From the NCBI GenBank assembly GCA_905331295.1, contig CAJNYD010000237.1, positions 1 to 54,385 of the forward strand: a DNA stretch of 54,385 nucleotides, given 5' to 3'. Positions within the stretch are counted from its first letter, which is position 1; each line of letters begins with the position of its first letter. Shown here piece by piece: positions 38,467 to 52,596 of this stretch. Origin of the DNA: Rotaria socialis. Its lineage: Eukaryota. The position numbers were made by a program, and so were the translations under genes. Below the pieces are notes generated by a model. It ran no database searches and was not told where the DNA came from. It worked only from the letters and a program-made list of their open reading frames with translations.

Positions 38467-39426
38467 TGTACAATTTATGATTATTATTTTCTTTGATCTT
38501 AGTTTTTCAATACAAAATCAAACAGTGCTTTTACTTTTGCAGTAATTGAGCGAGGATCTCAATCTATCACATTCATTTTTTTTCTCTACATATATAAATA
38601 TATAAATATATACATGTATGTGTGTTTCTGTATAATTATTGTTGTTTCGTATGTTAAAATGTCATTATGGCGCGAAACAGTATTGATTTTTAATATTGTT
38701 ATTTGTTTTTCTTTTCTGATTTTTCTTCCATGTTACGTCTGTGTTTCGTATTATGGATAGACTTTTTTTTGTGTTTGTTGCTCATGATTTCATAAAACAA
38801 ACACATGATGAAATATATAAATATGAAGTTCATCAAGCAAGCAGTGACTATAAACTACTCGAGAGTTACTTATAGAAGTTATAATGAACAGACATCTAGA
38901 CATGAAGAACTTTAACATGAAAATTTCATATTTAAGAGATTTTAAAGACAAAGTTTACTGTGTGTTTAAAAATATTTATCTTTCACCTCAGTGACTCATT
39001 ATTTTTTGATAATAACATCTTACTGTAAGAGTCCCAGTAAAATCGAAAAACATTTTTTTCTTTGTTTCCTCTCGCTTACTTGAGACAGTATTTTCTTCAT
39101 GACTACGTTGTCGCCATAAAAACAAATCGGAAGATCAAAGCACTATTTGATTTGTCTAGCTTTTTATATTGCATCTCTTGAAACACAACTATAAATTAAA
39201 CCAATCACACAAGAAAAAAGAAAACGAGCAGTGTTTTTTTCAATTGCGAGACAAAGGAATTAATAATTAAATATCTTCTATCTTATCATGTTGCAAGTCC
39301 TTTTTCTTTATCAATATTCAACAGTAAAGTATGTTGCTTCTGGTCTATAAAAAGAAATTCTGTAGACAATATTCTATTTGATCTATATTTAAATACACGC
39401 CTATTTAAAACAAAAAACCTCATTCG

Positions 39427-40615
39427 TTAAACAAGTGTTGAAAGTTCATCAGTTTTAACTAGATCAATATCATCATCACATAAATGAGTAGCATCAATCG
39501 TATGATAAATCGATGAATTCATTCCACCCAATTTCCCATCGATTCTATCATTTTGCCATGTTACAAAATACGTTAAAAGTGTCATTAGAATAAAAATTAA
39601 ACCAAAACCAAGGACAACCAATGATACAATAGCCGGTATAAGTGACAAATTTAATAATATGAAAAAGCACATCACTAAAATTTTTAAAAAAAGTAAAGAA
39701 AAAAACTTTTTCCTATTCGTCATACCAAGAATGAATGCTGGTATCGATGCATAAAAACTACAAATAGCAATAAATCGTGATGTCGACGAACTAAATAAAT
39801 GTGTGAAACTAAAAGAACAAAAAAAAACGTTTTTTTCTTTTTTTTAACAATAAGACTCTTACCAATGTGAACTTTGTCGTGTTTTTATCATATTACAACC
39901 AAGATAAATTTCAATGCTGAATATTAATACACAAAAACAGTTCAATACAATAATCAATAAACAAATGACTGTTGCCAATTCACGTATAGTACGATCGTAC
40001 GCTGGTATTATAACATTTGACACCGTATCTGTTATAGATATTGACGCTGGTAACACATAAAGAATATTATATGTGACATTCATTGATTGAGCTATACGAG
40101 GAATCATGTCACGATTATTGACATAATTGATTTTTAGTATTAGATTCATTGTGGAAATGGCAATAAGTATAAGAGAAGCAGAAACAAAGCACATAAAACA
40201 TAAACTTAGAATATTGGTGCCTTTACGCGAGCCAGATAATCGACGTCGGTCGGCAGTGGCTATTGGTATAGGTCTGTCGGATAGCGACTCACGATGACGA
40301 GCAATTTCAGTGATATTAACGGTCTCATGTCCGATAGATACTTTGTACGATGATGAATTATAGGCAGTCGTCGATAGCCGATTAACTAGTTGACTTTGAC
40401 GAGCTTGAAAACTTGGTTCAGATTGACTTATTGGCGTTGGCCAATTCATGTCGAAATCAGTTGGTGGCGGAGGAATCGGCGACGGCGAAGATGCAGAGTC
40501 AACAAGTTGACTAATAAAATATTCGAAAAAAAAAGAAGAAGAAATATGACAAATTTTGTCTTTTAGTTGTAAAATAGTTTCAAGTGTACCTGTCATCACT
40601 ATTCGGCTTCCCCAT
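39427..40615 (-). CDS. Four-TM membrane protein, TMEM221/Jiraiya-like
   Basis: Exons 40615-40590, 40510-39863, 39808-39726 and 39674-39427 join in frame. Four hydrophobic helices; spacing and SRFIAICSFYASIPAF...LVVLGFG recall the Jiraiya domain. The gene is well supported; the family call is from memory. Confidence 0.65.
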
Positions 40616-43436
40616 CAATAAGTGTTAGCGGCTGTATTGAATCAATACGACATCTCACTCATACTCTGACACTTTCTTTCATGTAACAAATAAAAAGAGA
40701 GAAAAAGAAGAATTTGTTACACATAGATCGACGCGACGTAGCAACTGTCTCGCAGTATGAATATTGATGATGATTATGGACAACTTTCAATACACAACCG
40801 TCAATTACACGACGCATAGGAAGACCCTTAGAGAATATACGTACCTCAAATTATTGGGAGGAATCGTTCGTTTCTTTTCTCTCGTATATATTTTCTCTCG
40901 AAATTTCTAATAAGCAAAAAAAAAAATATTAACACCAATTAACCGAACAATGCCACCATCATAATCATCATCTGCGCGAATAACATTCGACATCTAGTCT
41001 AGGGGCTCTCTGTATGATTCGTAAATTAAGCGAATAGAAAAAAAAATTAGTTCAATCATCAATCACATGGACTAGTTAGTCAATCAAAATCGAAGATTCT
41101 CCATCTGTTAATTTGATCTTTTGCCTTATGCGCTGTTAATCGATAGTGATATCAAGGTTAACATTCATATAAATTTGAAATGTAAATATTACGAAAGTAC
41201 AATCAGTACATCTCTCAAATTACAAAAAAAAAACGAGTTGGAATTGAAATCAAATTTTTTATTCAATATAATTAGAATAGAAATTTTCAATGGATTCTTT
41301 ATATATTAATAGTATTCTTTTGACATGCAGGTCCCATACTTTCTTCCCAATCAAAACGCATAGCAAGAGAACAGATTGATGAATAATTATATGTAACGAC
41401 ACATCACTATGCCTATACATCGGTACCTGTGACTACTTATAAAAATATCGAATAGTCAGCCCCATTGAAATAAGTGGAAACGGATGGCGACAATAGTCAG
41501 ACGACGTGAATAGCAGTGTATATGTGATTTTTTTTTCTTCTTTTTCGTTGCTTCAAATCTTTGTCGCCATTGACATTGAATGAAAAAGTGCAAATGAATG
41601 ACATTAAAGAACAAAGACGATGTCTGTATTTGTATAATAGACTTAAGTTAATGATCGTAACTTTTGATGGGCGTTATTCAACAAAAATCACAGATACATA
41701 AAATAACAAAAAAATTTCGTTGTCACATTTTGTTTTGTTAGCCGAAATAAAATAAATCAAGATTCTTCCTTCCGGTGAAATGATCAATAACGGCATGTAC
41801 GGAAATGTAATGATTCGATACTTGTGCATTTATATTTATTGAATAAAGAGAAAAAGGAAATATTTTGTTTTTGTGTGAATCAAATTTTTGTTATTTAAGA
41901 AAATTGATTAGTTGATATAAAATAATACTAAATTAGGAAAAACATATTATTATCTCTGGAAATCTAATCAAATCGATGTTTTAGATAATTCTAAGATAAA
42001 AAAATGAAATCTTTTGTTGATACTATAGAAAATATAATATAAATATGCTGATTATTTGATTGATTAAAAATAAGGATAATTTTCTTTGTTATTTGAAAGT
42101 CATAATCATATTACGATATTGAATTCGGAACGGGCTTTCTTTTTGCGAAAATTTTTCTTCGCTCTATCTCTTGCTGTTTTTTTAATATTCTTTTGTTGTC
42201 TTTTAGCCTTGACTGACAGATAAGATGTGAACGATCTGAACTTGATATTGAACGAAGAAACGAGCCGCTACTCATTCTCTCTTGTCTTCCCTGTAGCCGG
42301 CCTATTATTCAGAGTATTTTATTAGATATGCTAATCAACCAAGAAATCCGATTTAGAAACGTTACGCTGCTCTCTTCTTCATCATCATCACTATCATCCG
42401 GAGCCATATGCGTGACTGTTCGATTGTTACTCTCTCTCTCTCTCTCTTGTCATCAGTTCTTCGTCACTCAATCCCTGTTGTCTTTGCCTTCTTTTTTCTT
42501 CAGCTAAGGAAAACAATACGATGAAGAAATGATACTAATATAGAAAAAAACTCTTGTTGACCTTATGCCGAGGAACAGGACAAACGAAACGAACATCAAT
42601 ATTAAGTTAACGAGACATATTCAATAGTCAGTCGATACGGTTTTAGAACTTAGATCTCGATAACGATTAACGGTTGATACAAAAAGAAAAAACACATAGA
42701 GATAGATAGATAGATAGATATTCTTTTAACATCCGATTGCCAATTCTTTAAGAATCATAGTAAAAAATTCTATTCCCTAAAGTCTTTACATTTCTTTTTT
42801 CTCTCGTTTTCTTTTTTCTCTTGCTCTATACATGACAATTGTTCAAAAGACATCTGAGATGGAACGAAAAGGAAGACGATGATAAGAGATAGCAGGACAA
42901 AAAAGGATCAGATTAAATAAGCGATAGATGAAGAAGACGTTTTGCTGCTGCGTGATGTTCACCACCCTTTTCTAAATCAATCTATTTAAGTCGTTGACGC
43001 GCAACTATCCTCTTGTAATCATTTCGTCTCACACTACATAAAATTAGTTGTTGATTGATTGATCATAGTGTGAACAAGGATATATCATTGCATCGGAAAC
43101 AACACGAAAAAAGCAAAACATCGAATGCAACTTATCTGTAAGTCAAATAGATCGAATAATAAATAAGAGGCGGGAAGAAAAACGTGTCGGCGATGCGGTT
43201 TTCTTTTTGATAATTGTGCACATCTGTCGCACCTAAAACGGGCCTACTTAATAATTATTGTAACGATTATTTATCATTTCCTTTTTTGTCAACTTTCTGA
43301 TCGTTTCCTTTTTAACTATCTTAGCCATCAATGTTAATCAACGAGATAATTCTTTTATTTGCTGTTGTTTATTATTACCGTTATTCGTATTAGTGAAAAA
43401 GTATGTATAAACAGATGGTAAGTGTCGACGATAAGG

Positions 43437-46400
43437 ATGGACTACAACTCGATTGTTTTTCGCGAGTTTACACCCGATTCCCTACGTCGTATTGAACGTT
43501 ATCGACAAGAGGAAGCTGAACGCCTTGCTTCCGAACGATTACAACGACAAACAATACGCGAAGACGACAGTGAACCATACAGTTCAATGAGAACAAAATC
43601 CAAATATGAACAATACGGTCCAAAACGAAAACCCAATAAAGAATTGGCAGTTGGACAAACATTACCAAGAATATTGCAAACGAAATTTCCTGCGGAACTT
43701 ATCGGTAAACCCATTGAAGAGATCGATTGGTATTATCGAACCGAATATGTATGTCATCTTCTTTCGAAAGAAAACAGAGATATTCGCAACCATTTTTCTA
43801 GGTATTTGTGGTGGTGAATCGAAATAAGACGATATTTCGATTTAGTTCAACTCCGGCCTGTTTTCTATTTTCACCATTTAACTGTTTGCGCCGTTTGGCC
43901 ATTCGAATATTGACACATTCACTTTTCAGTACATTCGTTATGCTTACGATTTTAACTAATTGCATATTTATGACGTTGAAAAATGTACCGGAAACTAACG
44001 AGTAAGTCTCCTCTCTTAACATTTCAAAGAAAAAACAATTTCGAATAAATAGATACGTCTTTACAATAATCTATACATTGGAAGCGTTGGCAAAATGTGT
44101 AGCACGCGGATTTATTCTTAAAAAATTTACATTTCTACGTGATCCATGGAATTGGCTAGATTTTATAGTCATAACATTAGCGTATGCATAAAATTCGAGT
44201 TAGAATTCACTGTTGATTGTTATTCTTTAACTTTAGATATATTACATTTTTTGTCAACTTGGGAAATGTTTCCGTGCTTCGAACTTTTCGGGTATTGAGA
44301 GCATTGAAAACAGTTGCTGTTGTTCCAGGTAAATAGACATTTTTAGATTTGTTTCCATCGTGTGATTCATTTTTAGGTCTAAAAACAATCGTTGACGCAT
44401 TGATACAATCTCTTATTTGTCTACGAGATGTTACTGTCCTATCCAGTTTTATTCTATCGATATTTGCATTGGTTTGATAGTTTAGAGATTCAGTTTGTTT
44501 TGCATTAATATATATTTATTAGGTTGGCTTGCAACTTTATATGGGCGTTCTAAGACAAAAATGTGTACCGACTTATGATTCATTTTTAAATAATTCCGAT
44601 ATTTCTTCTATCGGTCATAATATGTCATATGAAGCGTATTTAAAAGAAATCGATAATGAAAGTAGGTTGATTCGAGGTTTATAGAATCATAAATGATTTT
44701 TGCGTTTTGTAGCTCATTGGTATCAAGAAGATGATATTTTTGTTTTGTGTGGAAATGCCAGCGGCAGTAGGCGATGTCCGAAAGGTTATGTTTGTTGGAA
44801 AGATCGAGGCATAAAGTAAGTTTTTGTTCCTGCGAATGTTTTGTAAAATAAAAATTTACTTTTTCTTATTTTGTGATTTAAGTCCTGATTTTGGATATAC
44901 GAGGTAGGAGTTTTATTTTTTGTTTATCATTAAAAAATCTTTTTTTTCCCTCTAGTTTTGATAGTTATGGCTGGGCTATGCTATCGTGTTTCCGATTAAT
45001 GACACAGGATTACTGGGAAAATCTTTATCAATTAGTAAGAAGCTATTTTTGAATTTCACGCGAAAACGTCTTTTTTGCTGTCTGATGTGATATTTTCAGG
45101 TGCTGACAGCTGCTGGTCGTTATCATTTTTTTTATTTTGTTGCTGTCATTTTCTTTGGTTCATTCTATTTGGTAAATTTAATCTTGGCCATCGTTTCGAT
45201 GTCCTATCAAGAACAACAACAGAAAGTCAACGCAGAAAATGAAGCACGCGAACGGCGTAAAGTTGAAGATGAACTCGAACAGCAAAATGAAGAAGCACGA
45301 AAAGCAAGTGAAGTCGATGCTGCATCAGCCGGCCCTGTTGAAAATTTACAAAGTGCGCTTTTCTTTGAAAATCCAAATCGTCAATCAACCCATTCGAGTC
45401 TTTCAATTGAATACGATCACAATAGATTGGTAATACTATGGAAATCAAAAAAAAAAAGATGAAAACCGATTTTTTTTCTCATTTTCAGAGATATAATCCT
45501 GAACATAAAGAATCAATGCAAACAGCGCCATTAGTATTTGAAAATTACAGCGATATGTTTTGCAATCAAACAACAAATACAGATGAACGTGGAAGTTTCG
45601 ATACGACAATACCGTTTCTTGATGAAATACAACGAAATTCCATGAGTACTAAAAGTCATGAGATATCACCGAAACAACGAGCAAGAAATTGGTCTCGTAT
45701 ATCCGAACGGCAACATGCAGACAATGAATCCACTGTCACCGTAAATTTTCAGCATAGAATTCTAGATCATAATGTGCTTTTTGTCCTAACGAATTGAGGA
45801 CGAATAGAAAAGCTTGAGTTTCAACTCATTTTTTTTTGCTTTGCTTCAACCGATGCCTTGATGATAGATAGAACAGAACGAGTGAACGACGACATAAATA
45901 GAGCTATTTATATGCTAATGCGAGAGGAATAACTCATGAGTCAAACAGAATCGTTAAATAGGCTGGTTTGACTCAGCTGAATTAATCACAGCGATATGTT
46001 AGAGAGCTGTTAATTAGGATATCGATATAGTTAAGTTAGCTCATCGAAATAATGCAAAAATGACCTATTTATTCGGGCTGAATGACATGGAAATTGAGTT
46101 AATGATTGATTTGATTTTGTCCCGCTTTTAGCAGCAATGTGGTTATTGCATATACATGCATGAAAGTTGAAAACCAACTTATCATATATTATTTTATTGG
46201 TTTATGAGTCATATCGAAGATTTACGCCTAGAGATGTGAAAAACCAATTCCCGCCAAGAAGAAGTAAACGGCATGTAAAAACAAATAAAAATATTGAAGA
46301 AGTTCTGCAAACATTTTCGCTCTATAGAGACATACCATAGAAAATCTAGAATCACCGAGCCCGTCTATTAAAGACACTTGCGGAGACGGCTACTTTCCGA

Positions 46401-49400
46401 TCTTAAGAAAAACGTCGAATTTCTGTAATCTATCCATAAAAGATCATTTCATTGTGCATGTAAAATTCATTGGAATATTTTTCTTTTAGCTTTATCAACC
46501 AAAATCTCATATAAAATATACCCCTGCCAATCAACTTTTATCACATCCAATGTCTGAAACGACGAGTATACGATCAAAAAGTAAGTGAAATACATGTCTA
46601 ATTGATAGTTCTAGTATTTTAACTAGAAAATCAAATGTAAAAAAAACTTCACGATTATATCTAGAAGATTTTGCACTTAGTTAATTTAAGTAGAATTCTA
46701 TAATTTCACACTTACCTATTTACATTTTCAAGTAAGATAGAAAATTTTAAATTTCCTTTCCCTTTACACCCTATTTTATTTTTGCAACACATCTGACAGG
46801 ATACACGTATGATTTTATTTTATTTTAAATTTAATACGCATGTTTGTAGTTTTGTAAATGTTTTGTTTTGTTTCGATTTTGTTAATCATCTAGAACAGCA
46901 TTCTGTACTGTACAAGGTCGATCGACATTCTGACGACCGACACAGTTCACATGTTGAGTGTCGTCTACTTCTGAATGCGAATGAGCATGGAAGGCAGTCC
47001 CAGCATCACCCTAAGAAACGTGTGACCATCGTCATTTCAGATATGGACTCAACGAACACATGCGATCGACCAATGATAAAATTTCTATGGAATTTTTGCT
47101 GCGAATGGAGTTGTACATCGCAATTATTTCATAAATTTCAAGTCGGTTTTTATTCAAGATTGACTCGTTTAGGCAAATATCGATTTTTTAGGCGCTGGTA
47201 GCGGATTTTATATTGGATGCATTTGTTGATTTGTTTATTACTATATGTATTATTTTAAATACATTATTTATGGCACTTGACCAACCTGGCCAAAGCGATA
47301 AAATGGCACGAATACTAGCAACAGGAAATTATGTTTTTACTGGTATATTTACAGCAGAAGCTATTTTGAAGATCATCGCGCAAGCGCCGGCTAAATATTT
47401 TAAACATGGATGGAATGTATTTGATGCGATTATAGTCACACTGAGTGTGGTTGAATTAGGTCTTGCGAATGTCAAAGGATTAAGTGTTTTACGATCATTT
47501 CGTTTGGTATGTTTAGGAAATTATTTTTCAATTAGTAGTTTAGATTGTTGTTTTTATTTTCGATTCTAGCTACGAGTTTTTAAATTGGCTAAATCCTGGC
47601 CAACACTGAATCGTTTAATGTCGATCATTGGTAAAACTATAGGAGCTTTAGGGAATTTGACATTAGTTCTTGTCATTATTATATTTATTTTTGCTGTTAT
47701 GGGAATGCAGGTAAGGTCAGATGAGTATAAGGAAATTTTTCTATTGTTCAATCGTAGCTATTCGGTCCGAAATATGCTCAAAAATTCGGTAAAGATATGC
47801 CCCGATGGAATTTTGTCGATTTTTTTCATGCATTTATGTAAGTCTTGTTTATTTTTATTAAGAGAAAATTTTCAATTTTTCTAAAGGATCGTCTTTCGTG
47901 TATTATGTGGCGAATGGATTGAATCAATGTGGACATGCCTTGAATGTGCTGGTTGGCCATGTGTACCATTTTTTCTTTTTACATTTTTCATTGGTAATCT
48001 TGTGGTACGTAGACCAGTATAACGTATCTTTGTGAGTACAGCCACACTTTCCGGTTATGAAATATTTTTTTCTTCTTCGAAATTCTGATTCCGGCGCAGT
48101 TTAATAGGGAAAGGTGCTTCAGTAGTACGATAGTGTTTTATTCTACCTGAGGAAGATTACAGACATTAAAGATTTTTTGTTAGGTTTTAAATTTATTTTT
48201 GGCTCTTTTACTTGCATCATTTGGTTCCAATGTTCTTTCTGAACGTGAAAAAGAAGATGATGATAATAAAATCGGCGAAGCCATTGATCGTATTCAACGA
48301 TGCATTCGTTTTATTTTAAATTCTATATTTCGTTTACTTTGTCGAAGAGAACGAAAAGAATTAAAAATTGTTGAAAGTTTGACCTGTGAAACAATTTATT
48401 TCAATCAAGTTTGTTTGATTTTTTTCCGTTTTGTTTGTCATTTCTATGTTCCCAATGTGTTTAGTCATTGGCTGGGACTGACGATCTACTTCACAATCCT
48501 TCTTCGTCAACATTACTCGATATTGATAATGCGAAAGATAAAAAAAATGGTCAATTAATTCTAAAAGATGAAGGAGCCGAAACCGTCGAAGATATTGAGA
48601 TGCAACTTTTAAATACTACTACTAATGATCCTTCTACGCTGTTAAATCCAACAGCGCTTACAAACGATGAAGAACTTCACATGCCACCTGATTGTTGTCC
48701 AAAATTAATATCGAAGCATTTTGCTTCTTGCAAAGATATGGTTCCGAAAATAATTGAAAGGCATTGGACGTTCCTTCGTAGCAAAGCTCATCGTCTTGTT
48801 GAACATCGTTTTTTTGAATGGCTTATTATTGCAAGTATTTTAGCAAGTAGTACTACTTTAGTAAGTTTAAGAAATATTTGACTACAGGAGAAAATATGAA
48901 GATCGTATTTTATCTTTCAAAGGCATTGGAAGATATAAATACGCGACAACAACCTTTTTTATTTTCTATTTTGCATTCGTTTGATAAACTTTTTACGATT
49001 ATATTTACCGCTGAATTAGTTTTAAAATGGTTTGCATATGGAATAAAAAATTATTTTACAAATGGTTGGAATTGGCTGGATTTTCTTATTGTTGTTGTTA
49101 GTGTTCTTGGAAGTTTACTTGATTCGCTTGGTGTCGCAGATATTCCGGCATTTAAATCGATGAGAACATTAAGAGCCTTAAGACCATTGAAAGCACTTTC
49201 GAGATTCGAAGGAATTCGAGTAGGAAAAGAAAAGAAAAGAAATTCGTTGCTTTTTTAATCATTGCATTTTTTTTCGATTTAGGTCGTTGTCAATGCATTG
49301 ATCGGTGCCATTCCGTCCATTTTTAATGTTTTACTTGTTTGTCTTGTCTTTTGGCTGATTTTTTCAATCATGGGCGTACAATTGTTCGGTGGAAAATTTT

Positions 49401-52400
49401 ACAAATGCGTTTACGTTGATACACACGATCGAGTTAATCTAACGGAAAATGTAACCAATAAGATTGATTGTTTGCATAAAAATTTTACATGGGAAAATTC
49501 AAGAGTAAATTTCGATAATGTTCTTAATGGTTATCTAGCTTTATTTCAAATTGTAAGTGATCAGTCAGAGAAAACGATTTGCACTGGAATGAATGGAACT
49601 CTACGCATGACTATGATTAATCAAATCTGTACAGATGATATAATTTAATAGAGCAGAAAGTTCTGAAAATAAAAGGGCCAGGCTGTAATATAGCTGTAAA
49701 AATAAAAATCACCGGAAACGAGTTCGGGATCACTAGAGAGAAAAAAGTTGTCCTTATCGTTCTGTGATTGTAAGTGAATTAGCTTATAAATCCGAACATG
49801 ATTCACGTGAAATAATTTGAAAGTGCTAGCCGTCGACTAAATACATTAAATTACAAATATCGAAGAACTGTTCTAGACGTGATACGAATAAATCTTCGAA
49901 TAGTAGTTGGTCTCTAGACTATAATAGGGACGAAATTAGATTTGCCGGAATCACTAACAAAACCATGCGCTCACGCATCTCTCGTACATGACACATGAAA
50001 TTCAATCGAATTCTTTTTCTAATTTTTTCGTAGGCAACTTTCAAAGGATGGATTGAAATAATGGCCGATGCAGCTGATTCTAAAGAAGTGATTTATTTCT
50101 TTTTCTGCTAAATATTTTCTTCTCTATGAAACTTTTATTTTTATTTAGGTTGACGCCCAACCGGATCATGAATCGAATGTTTATATTCTTGTTTACTTTG
50201 TTTTATTCATTATATTTGGCTCATTTTTTACATTAAATCTCTTTATCGGTGTTGTTATCGATAATTTTAATCAACAAAAACGAAAAGTAATATTCAGTTT
50301 TCTGTAACACAATATTAGCCATTCTAACAACTTGTAGCATAGCGCAGTTATATCTATAGAAAAATGATATTCTAAAATAGATGGATTTACGGGCGGCATG
50401 TTTCAAAGTTTATTTTTCTTCTAGTTAGGAAGTGGTGGTTCAATTGAAATGTTCATGACTGATGACCAAAAAAAATATTATAATGCTATGAAAAAAATGG
50501 GTAATAAAAAACCGACCAAAGCATTGCCAAGACCAAGAGTAAATCTTTGAAATAATTCCCTAATATAGTTTGATCTATTTATTTCTATTATAGTTTCCTA
50601 TTGCAAGATTCTTTTTTGATTTAACAACCAATCAAAAATTCGATATATTTATCATGATATGTATTTTTCTTAATATGCTTTGCATGTGTCTTGAACATCA
50701 CAACCAAAGCGTAACTTATGATAACGTTCTTGGCTATATAAATAATTTTTTCGTTGCTATGTAAGAAGATTCTATAGGCGATTGCAAATCTACTGTTTCT
50801 ATTTAGATTTACTGTTGAATGTGGAATGAAATTACTTGCATTGCATTATAAATATTTTACTATTCCATGGAATGTATTCGATTTTATAATTGTCATCGCA
50901 TCGATTCTCGGTAGGAATTCTTTTCTCGGTTATTTTTTGTTTTGAAAACTAAAACGAACTCGAGTCCCTATTTAGTCACATCTTTGGAAAAAGGTTTGAT
51001 TCTACAGTAAAGCGTTCTCTGTTGCGCGCTATTTAAATGTGCACTTCTTGCTTTCCTATTTATTCATTTTCCTTTTACATAAGAATGGGGAAACTAAGCG
51101 CTGCTACTGTTTATTCTATTTATTGGATTTTGGCTGATACACAGAATGTTTTCGTTCTAGGACAAGCACTAGGTGAACTTATGGCAAATTATTTTGTTAA
51201 CCCAACACTATTACGTGTTGTGCGTGTGGCACGTGTTGGTCGAGTTCTACGTCTTGTTAAAGGTTATTGTGCTTTATGCGCTAGAGGCAATGATGATTAC
51301 ATTGCTGTTTCCTTTTGTATTTAGGAGCAAAAGGTATTCGCACATTGCTTTTCGCGTTAGCCGTTTCAATGCCAGCTCTATTTAATATTGGTCTACTTCT
51401 CTTTCTTGTCATGTTCATCTATTCGATCTTTGGTATGTCATTTTTTGCTTATGTGCGAAAAGCTGCAGGCGTAACTGAAATCTTCAATTTTGAAACATTT
51501 CCAAATTCATTGATTATTCTGTTTCAAATGTGTACTACGGCTGGTTGGTCAGGTGTTTTACAAGCCTTAACCAATGATCAACCGCCAGATTGTGATCCAA
51601 CTTTAAATACGCCATCGCATAGAGGTGATTGTGGTAGTATGGCTATTGCAATACCATTTCTTGTTAGTTATCTAATTATAAGTTCTCTTGTTGTGGTAAG
51701 AATTTAGAAGATTTCTTTGTTTTTCAATTTGTCTACTGGTTTGCTTTTGTTTAAGGTTAATATGTATATTGCGGTCATTTTAGAAAATTTTTCTCAAGCT
51801 CAAGAAGATGTACAACAAGTAAATAAACACGAGACCTTAGAGGAGACTTTTTAATAGTAAAATTTTACACAATATTTCAATCTGAATAAAAATTCTCCAG
51901 GAAACATTCGCAAAGACTTGTGTTCGCGTAGTTCCATCCTCAAGATTGTCTCTTAAATTCTGTCATATTTAGGGTTTAACTGATGATGATTATGATATGT
52001 ATTATGAAAAATGGCAATACTTGGATCCAGCAGGCTCTCAATTTATACGCTACGAACAGTTATCTGACTTTGTCGATGAATTAGAACCTCCATTGCGCAT
52101 ACCAAAACCAAATCAGCTATTACTGGTTGCTATGGATTTACCTATATGTGAAGGTGATCGTATGCATTGTGTTGATATACTTGATGGGCTTACAAAACAT
52201 TTTCTTGGTACACTCGATGTATCAGCATTAGGCACGGGCACAAATATTGCTATGGATATGAGAAAAGATCGCCCAAAAGATTATCGACCGATAGCAACAA
52301 CATTGCAGCGTCAACGAGATACCTATTTAACTCGCATTGGTTTGCGCGGTTTTCGTACTAATGTTGAACGAAATCGATTTCAACGACAAAGTCGTGGACC

Positions 52401-52596
52401 AGTACTTGAACGAGCTACCATTGATGAACTTATTGAATTAGATGATTTAGGAACGCCAACCTCAACGATGTCATATCGAAGTAAAATTATTAATCCAGAT
52501 TCAATGCCAATAGAACAACAACAACAACAACAACGAGAAAGAACTCCGTCGGATACATCTTCAAGTTTTTCTTTTGAAAGAAGATCATTATCTTGA
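43437..52596 (+). CDS. Nav1: Voltage-gated sodium channel alpha subunit, Nav1 (para-like)
   Basis: About 30 exons joined in frame by GT-AG introns. Four 6-TM domains with R/K-rich S4 segments. Selectivity filter D (TQDYWE), E (CGEWIE), K (TFKGWI), A (TTAGWS). Inactivation motif MFM in [19 protein letters not shown]-hand-like C-terminus. Confidence 0.97.

Noticed and set aside
50381..50407. Possible 27-nt alternative exon (MDLRAACFK) in the Nav III-IV linker
   Set aside because: It would leave a 17-nt downstream intron, and read-through to the next exon (44 nt) breaks the frame.
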